In this document: piece after piece, positions 27,200 to 35,659 of the stretch
Numbering within the stretch: position 1 is the first letter of the stretch
How the letters are laid out: each line of letters starts with the position of its first letter
Assembly: GCA_964510985.1 (NCBI GenBank)
Contig: CAZEDC010000116.1
Coordinates: forward strand, 1,800-65,799
Reading direction: 5' to 3'
DNA: 64,000 bases
Source of the DNA: an uncultured Dehalococcoidia bacterium
Lineage (GTDB): Bacteria; Chloroflexota; Dehalococcoidia; Lucifugimonadales; CAZEDC01
Translations under genes and position numbers: made by a program
Notes under the pieces: generated by a model
Told to the model about the DNA's origin: nothing
What the model saw: only the letters and a program-made list of their open reading frames with translations
The model's database searches: none

Positions 27200-27328
27200 G
27201 GTTTAAACACTCCCTTTGCGTTTGAGCGGGTGCCGGGCACATTGTATACGGAATTCTGGCCGTCCGCGAGGCGCTATCGAGAGAAAGAGATAGGTCCCCG
27301 CTCCAAGTGTCGGGCGGCTCGTTGGGGC

Positions 27329-27356
27329 TTGACATCGGCAGTCGCCATCGTATATA
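27329..27356 (+). promoter_or_regulatory. sigma70-like promoter upstream of the HU gene
   Basis: TTGACA at 27329-27334, a 16-nt spacer, then TATATA at 27351-27356. AGGAGG ribosome-binding site just before the ATG at 27449. Confidence 0.5.
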
Positions 27357-27448
27357 CCTTCGTACGTATGGCGTAAGTATGGGAACGGTGGCGGCTATTG
27401 CGCGTCCGATCGTAAACGGTAAATGATCGAAAGGAGGTCCCGGAATCG

Positions 27449-27739
27449 ATGGCGACTGTACGAAAGAGTGATATCAGCGCCCGTGTCGCGGGAAAGCTCG
27501 GTGGATCCAAGTCCCAGGGTGAGGCGGCGCTCAAGGCCGTGCTGGATAGCGTCCAGGAGGCATTGGCCGCCGGGGACCGCGTGGTTCTCACTGGATTTGG
27601 ATCGTACGAGGTAAGGCAGGTCAAGGCCCGACGGGTCCGACCCATTCGTGGCGGTCAGGCCGGTACTCTGATAACGGTTCCGGCCCACAAGAGGGTTGGA
27701 TTCACGGCGGGCGCTGAGCTAAGCAAGGCAGCCCAGTAG
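27449..27739 (+). CDS. hup: HU family DNA-binding protein
   Basis: 96-aa ORF with GFGSYEVRQVKAR..R.IRGG motifs typical of HU/IHF. Confidence 0.9.
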   Translation: MATVRKSDISARVAGKLGGSKSQGEAALKAVLDSVQEALAAGDRVVLTGFGSYEVRQVKARRVRPIRGGQAGTLITVPAHKRVGFTAGAELSKAAQ

Positions 27740-27774
27740 CGGCCAGTCTGAACTGCTGAGTCAGTTATAGTCTA

Positions 27775-27814
27775 AGAGGCGGGTCCCTCCTTTCGGAGGT
27801 CCGCCTCTTTTTTT
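27775..27814 (+). terminator. rho-independent terminator after the HU gene
   Basis: AGAGGCGGGTCCCTCC-TTTC-GGAGGTCCGCCTCT forms about 13 bp of stem, followed by a 7-T run. Confidence 0.8.
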
Positions 27815-27875
27815 CGGTGTCATCTACTCTCGGGCCGACCGGTCCGGGGTCAGTCCTTTCTTTCCTGAAGGGATG

Positions 27876-28388
27876 CTACTTCCAGCCCAACCCTCCGTTT
27901 CGGACCGGGGTCAGCGATACCCTGTGTCCCTCGGTGCATTTGTACCGCTCCTCCCTGACCTCCCTCCGTTTACCGGATAGCGATGTCTGCTCCATGGAAT
28001 TGTCGCAGAAGGGGCAGTTGACCCAGTATTCCACGCGGTTTCTGACGCGGTGAAGCTTGATGTGGGTCACGGTTTTGGACAGGGCCGAAAACTCGCCGAC
28101 GTACCTGAGGACGTACCGGGTGCCAGAGCTTATCAGGCTCTTCTTGGCCCCGTTGGTCGGGCTGTAAGTGTAGTCCACATATCCGCATTGCAGGCACTCG
28201 GGCTCGTAGTAGCTGAGTTGGAGATGGGCGCTGCATCTCGGACAGGTCTTCCTCCGGCCGATGGCGGCTGTGTCCTTGTTCGTTCCGTTGGTTGCGCCGT
28301 TGGCGTGGCCGTTGGTCGAGATCCAAGGTTTTTCTGTAACCCCGTCAGGTTCCGGTGCGACAAAGGGTTTTGCAACCGTTGTGACCAT
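27876..28388 (-). CDS. hypothetical protein with two zinc-ribbon-like Cys clusters
   Basis: 170-aa ORF with CPRC..(14)..CLQC and CPFC..(23)..C...H. AAGGAG lies 8 nt upstream of the ATG, and a promoter-like TTGACA lies upstream. I recognise no family. Confidence 0.6.
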   Translation of the reverse strand: MVTTVAKPFVAPEPDGVTEKPWISTNGHANGATNGTNKDTAAIGRRKTCPRCSAHLQLSYYEPECLQCGYVDYTYSPTNGAKKSLISSGTRYVLRYVGEFSALSKTVTHIKLHRVRNRVEYWVNCPFCDNSMEQTSLSGKRREVREERYKCTEGHRVSLTPVRNGGLGWK

Positions 28389-28481
28389 GTCGGGTACTCC
28401 TTATTTATTTCTTCTGCGCAATAAGGGTTGTGGATCGAAATACGATAAGACAGCCGTTACGCGAGCGGCTGGATTGTGGTC

Positions 28482-28511
28482 ATTATTTTATATTTATACA
28501 AGAATTGTCAA
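28482..28511 (-). promoter_or_regulatory. sigma70-like promoter for the Zn-ribbon gene
   Basis: Minus-strand TTGACA (28511-28506) followed by an AT-rich -10 zone, with AATAAT or TAAAAT candidates at 15-18 nt spacing. Confidence 0.45.
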
Positions 28512-28657
28512 GAGAACTAACCTACATAAAACACCAATTTTTAGATCCCTGCCCTTATGGCTGCCGTACCCACGGAGAGAGAAGATGGATCGGACATGGC
28601 GGTTGGATCCGGACCCAACGGTTACCCATGGAAGCGGGTGACCGTTCTCCGTTTGTG

Positions 28658-28680
28658 TTCGATGGTGTTACACCATCGAA
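28658..28680. promoter_or_regulatory. perfect 23-nt palindrome (operator- or hairpin-like)
   Basis: TTCGATGGTGT-T-ACACCATCGAA, with 11-nt arms. A second palindrome, CCTAGAtgtcTCTAGG, lies at 28686-28701. Confidence 0.4.
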
Positions 28681-28958
28681 CAGAGCCTAGATGTCTCTAG
28701 GATATATTTAAGATAAGTATAAGAAAGATTTAGAACACGTAGGCAATCTGGACAATAATGAAGCGATAATCGGTCCGGGGGCTTGATCACTCAACTTACA
28801 AGCCAAAAGAAGCGCGGAGTGAGTCCGGGGAAGAGCCATCAGGACGGACCGTACCGGTCACAAGTAGATGGATGTCAGGAGACCCTGTTGGTGCGGGCGC
28901 TGGACCGAGGCAAGTCCCCTACCCTGCCGTGGTGTCGCGGAGTCTGCGAGCGGTGGTG

Positions 28959-29633
28959 CTACAACAGGCGCAGTCGCTCGATGCAGTCGGGGACATCGTT
29001 GGCCGGCGAGTTCACCAGTGTCGAGATCTCGTAGGCGTCCATAGCTCCTTGCGGATAAGGCGCGAGCATCTGGAGAAGCGAGGGCGGATCGTCCATCTCA
29101 GGGTCCAGCCACCGTGCTTCGTCGTCTCTGGACAGGATCACCGGCATGCGGTTGTGGATGGGCTCGATAAGCGAATTGGGGCCGGTGGTGATGATTGTGC
29201 AGGAGCGGACCGTGGTGCCCTCCGGGTCTCGCCACGACTCCCACAGCCCGGCGAAGGCGAAGGGCTCGCCCGTTTGCAGGACGATGCGCATCGGGCGTTT
29301 CCTGCCCGCGACCTTTTGCCACTCGTAGAACCCGTCGGCGACGACCAGGCACCGGCGCTTGCGGAACGCGTCCCGAAAGCTGGGCTTCTCGGACAGCGTC
29401 TCGGCCCGGGCGTTGATCATCCGGCTGCCGATGGACTGGTCTTTGGCCCAGGACGGTATGAGGCCCCAGCGCATGTACTGGGCCCTGTTCTCCAACCCCT
29501 CGCGATTAATGGTTAGTACGGGCTGGGTTGGAGCGATGTTGTACCGGGGAGCCACCGGCGGTTCTACGCCGCGAAAGGAGAAGCGTATCTCCAGGGACCG
29601 GCTGTCCGACGCCAGTGAAAATCGTCCGCACAT
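28959..29633 (-). CDS. SOS response-associated peptidase (SRAP/YedK family)
   Basis: 224-aa ORF starting MCGRF (catalytic Cys2), followed by an SRAP-like body. Confidence 0.9.
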   Translation of the reverse strand: MCGRFSLASDSRSLEIRFSFRGVEPPVAPRYNIAPTQPVLTINREGLENRAQYMRWGLIPSWAKDQSIGSRMINARAETLSEKPSFRDAFRKRRCLVVADGFYEWQKVAGRKRPMRIVLQTGEPFAFAGLWESWRDPEGTTVRSCTIITTGPNSLIEPIHNRMPVILSRDDEARWLDPEMDDPPSLLQMLAPYPQGAMDAYEISTLVNSPANDVPDCIERLRLL

Positions 29634-29828
29634 GGGCTGCCCTCGCGTTCCGACTCAAACGAGCGAGGACTATGATACCATCCCGCAGCGATGGTTTTCT
29701 GTCCCGGACGGTCAGCACGGCGTTCTCCAACAGACGCTATGCTATGATTGGATTTTCCTGGAGGTGCGCGACATTATCAGCTCGCCTGGACCTCCATCTA
29801 GTCAAAATAGAGAGAGGAGTGTTTCAAC

Positions 29829-30953
29829 ATGGTCGAACCGAAAGTAAGGGGTCCGGTCGCCAACATGGAGGGAAAGGCCCTCAGCGTTAAGGGTCCGATG
29901 GACCCGGACCAGCTCGGTGTAACGCTAACCCACGAGCACATCTTCATCGACCTGAGAAAGACTCACCAACCATACCGTAAGTACATCGTCGTGGACGACC
30001 GGCTTGTGGCGGACCCACCGGATGCTGACTTCCCGGCCACCGAACTCGCCTCATGGGAAGCGAAGCTCGATCTCAGCAACCTGCACCTCGCCAGAGAGGT
30101 GGCCCCCGTCACCGACAATTACCTCCTGGCCGACGAGAACGTGGCCATCCAGGAGGTACTGGAGTACAAGAAACACGGCGGCAATACCATCGTTGACGTC
30201 ACCAGCATCGGACTCAAGCGGGACCCGCTGGCCCTGCGAAGGGTCTCGGAGAGTACGGGAGTCAACATCATCATGGGGACCGCCTACTACCAGAGGGTGT
30301 ACCACCCCGACGACATGGACCGGCGGACCGTGGAGGAACTTACCGACATCATTGTCCGGGATGTCGCCGTGGGCGCATACGACACGGACATACGCGCCGG
30401 GATCATCGGAGAGGTGGGCATAAACGGGGGACCCCTCATCACCAACGAGCTGAAGAGTATGCGGGCAGCGGCCCGGGCCAGCAGGCTGACCGGCGCCCCG
30501 ATATGCATCCATCTCGGCGGCCAGGGAGCTGAGAAGCATACTATCCTGGACATCGTCGAAGACGAGGGGGTCGACCTGGGCCACGTTATCCTGGGACACT
30601 GCGACGGTATCGCCGCCGACACACCTTTCGTGCTGGAACTCCTGGCGCGTGGCGTCTATGTCGCCTTCGATAACCTGGGCCGAGAGCCGGCGGTGGTCGA
30701 ACCGAGCAGTACGGCGGTCATCGCCGAGTCGATCCCACCGCTTCTTGAAGCCGGCTACGAGGACCGCATCCTCCTCTCACAGGACGTTTGCTGGAAGACC
30801 TCCCTCAAGGCCTACGGCGGTCTGGGATACTCTTTCATCCTGGAGCAGTTCCTGCCGCGCCTGAGAGACCTGGGTGTGACGGACTCGCAGGTCGATAAGG
30901 CCATGGTGGAGAACGCCAAGAGGGTCCTGACGTTCGTGAGACCGAGGGACTGA
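29829..30953 (+). CDS. phosphotriesterase-related (PTE/PHP family) metal-dependent hydrolase
   Basis: 374-aa ORF with a GVTLTHEHIFIDL motif and TIM-barrel amidohydrolase layout. The start may be the internal ATG at 29865. Confidence 0.85.
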   Translation: MVEPKVRGPVANMEGKALSVKGPMDPDQLGVTLTHEHIFIDLRKTHQPYRKYIVVDDRLVADPPDADFPATELASWEAKLDLSNLHLAREVAPVTDNYLLADENVAIQEVLEYKKHGGNTIVDVTSIGLKRDPLALRRVSESTGVNIIMGTAYYQRVYHPDDMDRRTVEELTDIIVRDVAVGAYDTDIRAGIIGEVGINGGPLITNELKSMRAAARASRLTGAPICIHLGGQGAEKHTILDIVEDEGVDLGHVILGHCDGIAADTPFVLELLARGVYVAFDNLGREPAVVEPSSTAVIAESIPPLLEAGYEDRILLSQDVCWKTSLKAYGGLGYSFILEQFLPRLRDLGVTDSQVDKAMVENAKRVLTFVRPRD

Positions 30954-30963
30954 TGGCTGGATG

Positions 30964-30992
30964 GTGAGGGCAGGTTTCAAACCTGCCCCTAC
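30964..30992. repeat. hairpin repeat, copy 4
   Basis: GTGAGGGCAGGTTTCAAACCTGCCCCTAC. Confidence 0.85.
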
Positions 30993-31057
30993 GACCGTGA
31001 GCCCGAAGGACTGACGGCTGGACTCGGTCAAGCGGTCCCACAGCATGGAGGAGATTG

Positions 31058-32194
31058 ATGACTTACGACCTGCTGATTAAGGGGGGAACGGTGATCGACC
31101 CGTCCCAGGGCCTGCACGAGGTCAGGGACGTGGCGGTCTCGGGCGGCAAGATCGTGTCGGTGGATACCGGCATTCCGGAGAGCCGCGATTCAGAGGTAGT
31201 GGACGCCGATGGACTGTTGGTTGTCCCCGGCCTCCTGGACCTGCACGTCCACTCCTTCTGGGGAGTCTCGGCCTTCGGCGTGAATCCGGACACCAGCCAT
31301 CTCGCTAATGGGGTGACCACTGCCCTGGACGCCGGCTCCGCTGGGGCCAACACCTTCGCCGGCTTCCGCAAGTATGTCCTCGAACGGTGCGGAACGAGGC
31401 ATCTGGCGTTACTGAACATCTCCAGCATGGGACTCATCTCTCACGACATCGGCGAGCTGGAGGACCTGCGCTGGGCCGACGTCGATGCGGCCGTGCGGGT
31501 CGGCCGCGCCAACCGGGACCGTATCCTGGGCATCAAGGTCCGGCTCTCGAAGGCGACCACCGGAACGCACGACATGGACTCGCTGAAACGGGCACTGGAG
31601 GCCGCTGAAGGGCTGGGCCGGTTCGTAATGGTACACATCGGTAACACGGAGACTCCGCTCGAAAAGCTGACAGCCCTGCTGCGTCCCGGCGACGTGGTGA
31701 CCCACGCGTTCACGGGCCACCCCCACGGGGTGCTGGACGACGCCGGGAAGGTCATCGCAGGGATCGCCGAGGCCCAGCGGTGGGGCGTCATCTTCGACAT
31801 AGGCCACGGGGCGGGCAGCTTCTCTTTCGACGTGGCGGAGAAGGCGCTGTCCCAGGGCTTCTTCCCCGACAACATCAGCAGCGACCTCCACGCCTTCAAC
31901 ATCGAGGGCCCGGTGTTCGACCAGGTGACCGTGCTATCCAAGTTCTTGTGGCTGGGGATGTCCCTGGACAAAGTGATCGGACTCAGCACCCAGGCGACCG
32001 CGCGGACCATGGGGCTGGACGGCGGGCTGGGTACTTTACGAGTGGGAGCCGAGGCCGACGTGACGCTGTTGCGGCTGGATGAAGGCCGGTTCACCTTCAC
32101 CGACGCCATGGGCAGGTCGGTCACGGCGGACGAGAAGCTGAGCCACGTGACCACGGTCAGGGCGGGGCAGGTCTACCGTCCCTGGCAATCTTGA
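31058..32194 (+). CDS. amidohydrolase/deacetylase family metallohydrolase
   Basis: LLIKGGTVIDP and VVPGLLDLHVHSF motifs. ATG at 31058 follows GGAGGAG. Confidence 0.8.
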   Translation: MTYDLLIKGGTVIDPSQGLHEVRDVAVSGGKIVSVDTGIPESRDSEVVDADGLLVVPGLLDLHVHSFWGVSAFGVNPDTSHLANGVTTALDAGSAGANTFAGFRKYVLERCGTRHLALLNISSMGLISHDIGELEDLRWADVDAAVRVGRANRDRILGIKVRLSKATTGTHDMDSLKRALEAAEGLGRFVMVHIGNTETPLEKLTALLRPGDVVTHAFTGHPHGVLDDAGKVIAGIAEAQRWGVIFDIGHGAGSFSFDVAEKALSQGFFPDNISSDLHAFNIEGPVFDQVTVLSKFLWLGMSLDKVIGLSTQATARTMGLDGGLGTLRVGAEADVTLLRLDEGRFTFTDAMGRSVTADEKLSHVTTVRAGQVYRPWQS

Positions 32195-32325
32195 ATCAGT
32201 GGGCACAGGAGAAACCGCGAATCCGATGAAAAATACCTCGAATATATTGCGCTCCCATCGGCGAAATACCGCCGACGATCGGTCGGCGAGGCGACTCTGG
32301 CCCACCGGCTAAATGGAGGTCTAGC

Positions 32326-33123
32326 ATGCCGTTGACGGAAGAACAGATAAACGAGCTTTCCAGGGACGTGACGAAGGCGTTGAAAACCCACACACCGGTC
32401 GCCTACACTTCCGAGAGATTTCCGGGGACAACATTCTCGGAGGCGTACGCCGTCCAGCTGCGGTCGCTTAAAACCAGGCTCGAAAACTCCGAGGTCGTCG
32501 TCGGCCGGAAGATCGGACTCAGCTCCAGGGCCAACCAGGAGATGTTCGGCATCGACCAACCCGCCTACGGGCATCTATTCGAGCCAGCGATTATACCGGA
32601 AGGCGAGCCCATCTCGATGGGACGGCTGTTTCATCCTGTCGTCGAGCCGGAGATCTGCTTTGTTCTGGGCGATGACCTGAAGGGGCCCGGAGTAGACGTT
32701 GCCAAGGTCCTGGCCGCCACCGCCGGCGTCATGCCCGCCATCGAGATCGCAGACTCACGCTACAAGGAAGGTTGGGACAGATTGAAAGCCCAGGACCTCA
32801 TCGCGGACAACTGCGGTTCGGCCATGGTGGTCCTGGGCGGCCGGCTGATTCCCGTGGCCGGCATCGACCTCCGGCTGGTGGGTATGGTACTGGAGGTAAA
32901 CGGTGAGGTCGTCGCCACAGGCGCCGGCGCCTCGGTGCTGGGCAATCCGGCCCAGCCCGTGGCCATGCTGGCCAACGCCCTGGCCGAGTATGGCATAGGT
33001 TTACGCGCCGGCGAGATTGTCATCTCGGGCTCGGTGACCGCCGCGGTCCCGGCCGAGGCCGGCTCGTCCTACCGCGCGACCTTCGACAGACTGGGCGCCG
33101 TGGCGGTGCGTTTCACCGATTAG
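32326..33123 (+). CDS. 2-keto-4-pentenoate hydratase-like (MhpD/FAH-fold) protein
   Basis: 265-aa ORF with VVGRKIGLSSRANQEMFGIDQPAYGHLF and EPEICFVLG motifs. Confidence 0.8.
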   Translation: MPLTEEQINELSRDVTKALKTHTPVAYTSERFPGTTFSEAYAVQLRSLKTRLENSEVVVGRKIGLSSRANQEMFGIDQPAYGHLFEPAIIPEGEPISMGRLFHPVVEPEICFVLGDDLKGPGVDVAKVLAATAGVMPAIEIADSRYKEGWDRLKAQDLIADNCGSAMVVLGGRLIPVAGIDLRLVGMVLEVNGEVVATGAGASVLGNPAQPVAMLANALAEYGIGLRAGEIVISGSVTAAVPAEAGSSYRATFDRLGAVAVRFTD

Positions 33124-33318
33124 ATGCCCCCGCGAGGGCGCCGAACGCGTAGAGTGCTACGCTTCAGAGCGGGGGCGACCGGCCGGCCGCCCCCGGTTTC
33201 TACCCGGCGGGACCTTGTTCTCGCCGCCATAGCGGCAATTCGACCTCCGAGGATTTGCAGGGCCGGTAACTCCGCGGCCATTAAGGGCACCAGGATTCAG
33301 GGATGCGCAGGTCTCCGG

Positions 33319-33973
33319 TTACTCTTCGGCGATGAACACAAGGGGGTACTCGTACCGGACCTCGTGCGCGTCAACGAGTCTTGCGACCAGTCGAATCAGC
33401 TCCATACCGGATAAGCCCACGATCTGGTCCAGACTCGATATATGAACGCCCTCCGGATGGTCTTTTAGATACCGGACCAACCGGTCCGACGGGCTTTTGG
33501 GAACATCGGGTGGGGTCACGGGTTCTTGCGGTCCAGCCGAAACGTCGGACTCTCTTGCGACCCGCCTGAGCACGGCCTGGACCCTCGCGGTGAACTCCAA
33601 CGTCGTAAACGGTTTGACCACGTAGTCGTCGGCGCCGCCCGTCAGACCGGTAACCTTGTCCTCGACAAGGTCTCTCCCCGTCCTCGACAAGGTCTCTCCC
33701 CGTAACCATGATTATGGGAACGTTCGAAATCTCCCGTATCCTGCGGCAGACCTCGAATCCATCGATGTCCGGGAGACCGACGTCCAGGATAACGAGGTCA
33801 TCCTCGTCCTTGTCGAAGCCGTCTAGGCCAGACTGGCCGTCCGACTCGATCCGGATCTCGGAGCCTGGATAGGTTACCTCGAGAGTCAGCGCGACGACTT
33901 TCGCGATATCGGCATCATCGTCTACGATCAGGACCCGCATAACAGTTTCCCGGCCGTTGTAATTTTCGTCCAC
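33319..33973 (-). pseudogene. orphan response regulator (REC plus C-terminal wHTH-like domain) disrupted by a 22-bp tandem duplication
   Basis: ORFs 33371..33973 and 33319..33690 carry the two halves of one REC domain. Both contain TGRDLVED, which is encoded by the duplicated unit. Removing one copy gives [29 protein letters not shown] in frame. Confidence 0.75.
33659..33702. repeat. perfect 2 x 22-bp direct tandem duplication (TCCTCGACAAGGTCTCTCCCCG)
   Basis: Read directly: copy 1 at 33659-33680 and copy 2 at 33681-33702 are identical. 22 is not a multiple of 3. Confidence 0.95.
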
Positions 33974-34222
33974 AGTTGCCGTAATAACTCAGAACCGGTC
34001 CATGTATGGGACTCGTAGCCCAGGTGTCTGAAGAATATCACAAGCAGTGGGACATGTTTCAGCACCGTTTTCACCGATTTAACGAAAAGCCGCAGTGTGT
34101 ACACCCACGTGTGGAGGTGCATAAAGCGGGGTGAGGTTGGGCGGAGCGTGATTATTATCGAGTAAACGGACCGGTGCGAGCAGTTGAAGTCCGACTACGC
34201 ACCCGAGTTATACGATGGAAGT

Positions 34223-34298
34223 TGGCGCGCCCGACAGGATTCGAACCTGTGACCCTCGGTTCCGAAGACCGATGCTCTATCCACTGAGCTACGGGCGC
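34223..34298 (-). tRNA. tRNA-Arg (anticodon TCG), CCA encoded
   Basis: Reverse complement folds as a cloverleaf: acceptor GCGCCCG/CGGGCGC, anticodon stem TCGGT/ACCGA, loop CTTCGGA, T-loop TTCGAAT, 3' GCCA. Confidence 0.9.
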
Positions 34299-35431
34299 GC
34301 TGTGTCGCCGATGGTCTGCCTGTAGTTCTCGGTGCCCTTCCAGCTTAACCTCTGGTCGGCGGTGACGTCCAGGTCTCCGGCGTCCTGAAGCAGCTCGATG
34401 TGGGCCACGACTTCGGACAGGGCCATGCCCAGGTTGCCGCCCAACAGCTTACGGTGGGCGAATATTCCTCGGGTCACTTCCTCCAGCGACGTCGGCCCCC
34501 GGCCGATCCTGGCGAGGACCCGCTGGAGGCGGCCGGTGTGGTGCCGGAGGATCTCCCCTGCCCTGTTCGCCGTCTCGAAGTTGAAGGCGCCGCCGGTGTG
34601 GAACCGGTGGGCCGGCAGCACCGGAACGTCGCCGCCGAGGCTGTCGATACGGCTCAGCGACGTAAGGTAGGACGCCAGACCGAAGATTCTTGTCTCGTCC
34701 TTGTAGCGGCTCGGAAGATTGCTCTTGATCTTCGAGGCCAGGCGGACCTTGGTGGTGGGATGGGGAGTTATCTCGGGCAGCACGTGGTCCCCGGTAAACA
34801 CCAGCCCGTCGAGACTGACACAGATGGCATCGGGCGAATGGCCCGGGGTGTGAAGGAATTTCAGACCCGCGAACCGGTCGCCGTCCTCGACGCTGTGCGT
34901 AACCTCGAGTCTTTTCTTGTACTCGTAGTCGTCGGGGTACGAGGGGCGCCGGGACGGCGGCAGGGACGCGCCCTCCAGGTTCTCCGCGATTACCCGGTCC
35001 ATCTCCCTCTGTATAGGTGGGACGGGGTTGCTCTGGAGGTCCCCCCGGCTGTAGGGCAGCAGGTGCGTGTAAATGTCGTGGGCCCATAGCTCGGCGCCGG
35101 CCTCCTCGATGAGCCGGATTGCAGCGCCGTCGTGGTCCCTGTGGCCGTGGGTGATGATGACCCTGTCGATGTCCTCGACGTCGAAACCTGCCTGTTTAAC
35201 ACCGTCGGCCAGTGCCTGGAAGGAGCCTGGCGCGCCGGCGTCGATGAGGGTCAGGCCTTCGACCTCCAGCAGGTAGGTCCAGGTGGGGCCGGTGCTGGAG
35301 GGCCAGTCCTGGGCCACGGCAAACGCGTGCACCACGAGGCCCCCATCGGTGGTGAGCCTGGCGACCATTCCATTGGCCTGGGCGTCGCCGGGACGCAGAA
35401 CCTCCACCGTTTTATACGGAGTCACCGACAT
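34289..35431 (-). CDS. MBL-fold metallo-hydrolase with C-terminal helical/wHTH-like extension
   Basis: HGHRDHDG (HxHxDH) motif. Start set at the ATG at 35431 (MSVTPYK), because the longer ORF runs into tRNA-His. The TAG stop at 34291-34289 lies inside tRNA-Arg. Confidence 0.8.
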   Translation of the reverse strand: MSVTPYKTVEVLRPGDAQANGMVARLTTDGGLVVHAFAVAQDWPSSTGPTWTYLLEVEGLTLIDAGAPGSFQALADGVKQAGFDVEDIDRVIITHGHRDHDGAAIRLIEEAGAELWAHDIYTHLLPYSRGDLQSNPVPPIQREMDRVIAENLEGASLPPSRRPSYPDDYEYKKRLEVTHSVEDGDRFAGLKFLHTPGHSPDAICVSLDGLVFTGDHVLPEITPHPTTKVRLASKIKSNLPSRYKDETRIFGLASYLTSLSRIDSLGGDVPVLPAHRFHTGGAFNFETANRAGEILRHHTGRLQRVLARIGRGPTSLEEVTRGIFAHRKLLGGNLGMALSEVVAHIELLQDAGDLDVTADQRLSWKGTENYRQTIGDTARP

Positions 35432-35491
35432 TCGGGCCGTCTCTATCTCACGTTTCGCAGTATCAGGGTTCGGGTGTGATGGACAAAAAAA

Positions 35492-35568
35492 TGGGGTGAG
35501 CGAAGGGATTTGAACCCTCGATCTCCAGGGCCACAACCTGGCGCCTTAACCACTAGGCCACGCTCACC
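35492..35568 (-). tRNA. tRNA-His (anticodon GTG) with encoded G-1 and CCA
   Basis: Reverse complement is G-1 + GTGAGCG acceptor, anticodon stem CCAGG/CCTGG, loop TTGTGGC, T-loop TTCAAAT, C73 and CCA. Confidence 0.9.
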
Positions 35569-35659
35569 ACGTACGAGGAAAATTTTAGCACCGGGGCCGG
35601 GGCCGGTCAACTCAGAGGGAAGGTGGGGGAGGTGGAGAGCGGCGGGAGTATGGTCCGTC

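Noticed and set aside
28389-28958. 6S RNA, SRP RNA or tmRNA in the AT-rich gap, and the 86-aa ORF at 28430..28690
   Set aside because: - No SRP domain-IV motif, no tmRNA tRNA-like ends, and no convincing end-to-end 6S-type helix could be drawn by eye.
- The ORF has no ribosome-binding site and an odd composition.
- The region is left as an unexplained noncoding island.
33124-33414. 96-aa ORF downstream of the hydratase gene
   Set aside because: Arg/Pro-rich with no ribosome-binding site, and it overlaps the response-regulator 3' end on the other strand. The region instead contains a GCCCCCGC...GCGGGGGC stem.
34289-35536. Full 415-aa version of the MBL ORF
   Set aside because: Its first 35 codons run through the tRNA-His gene (35492-35568). 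The internal ATG at 35431 was chosen.
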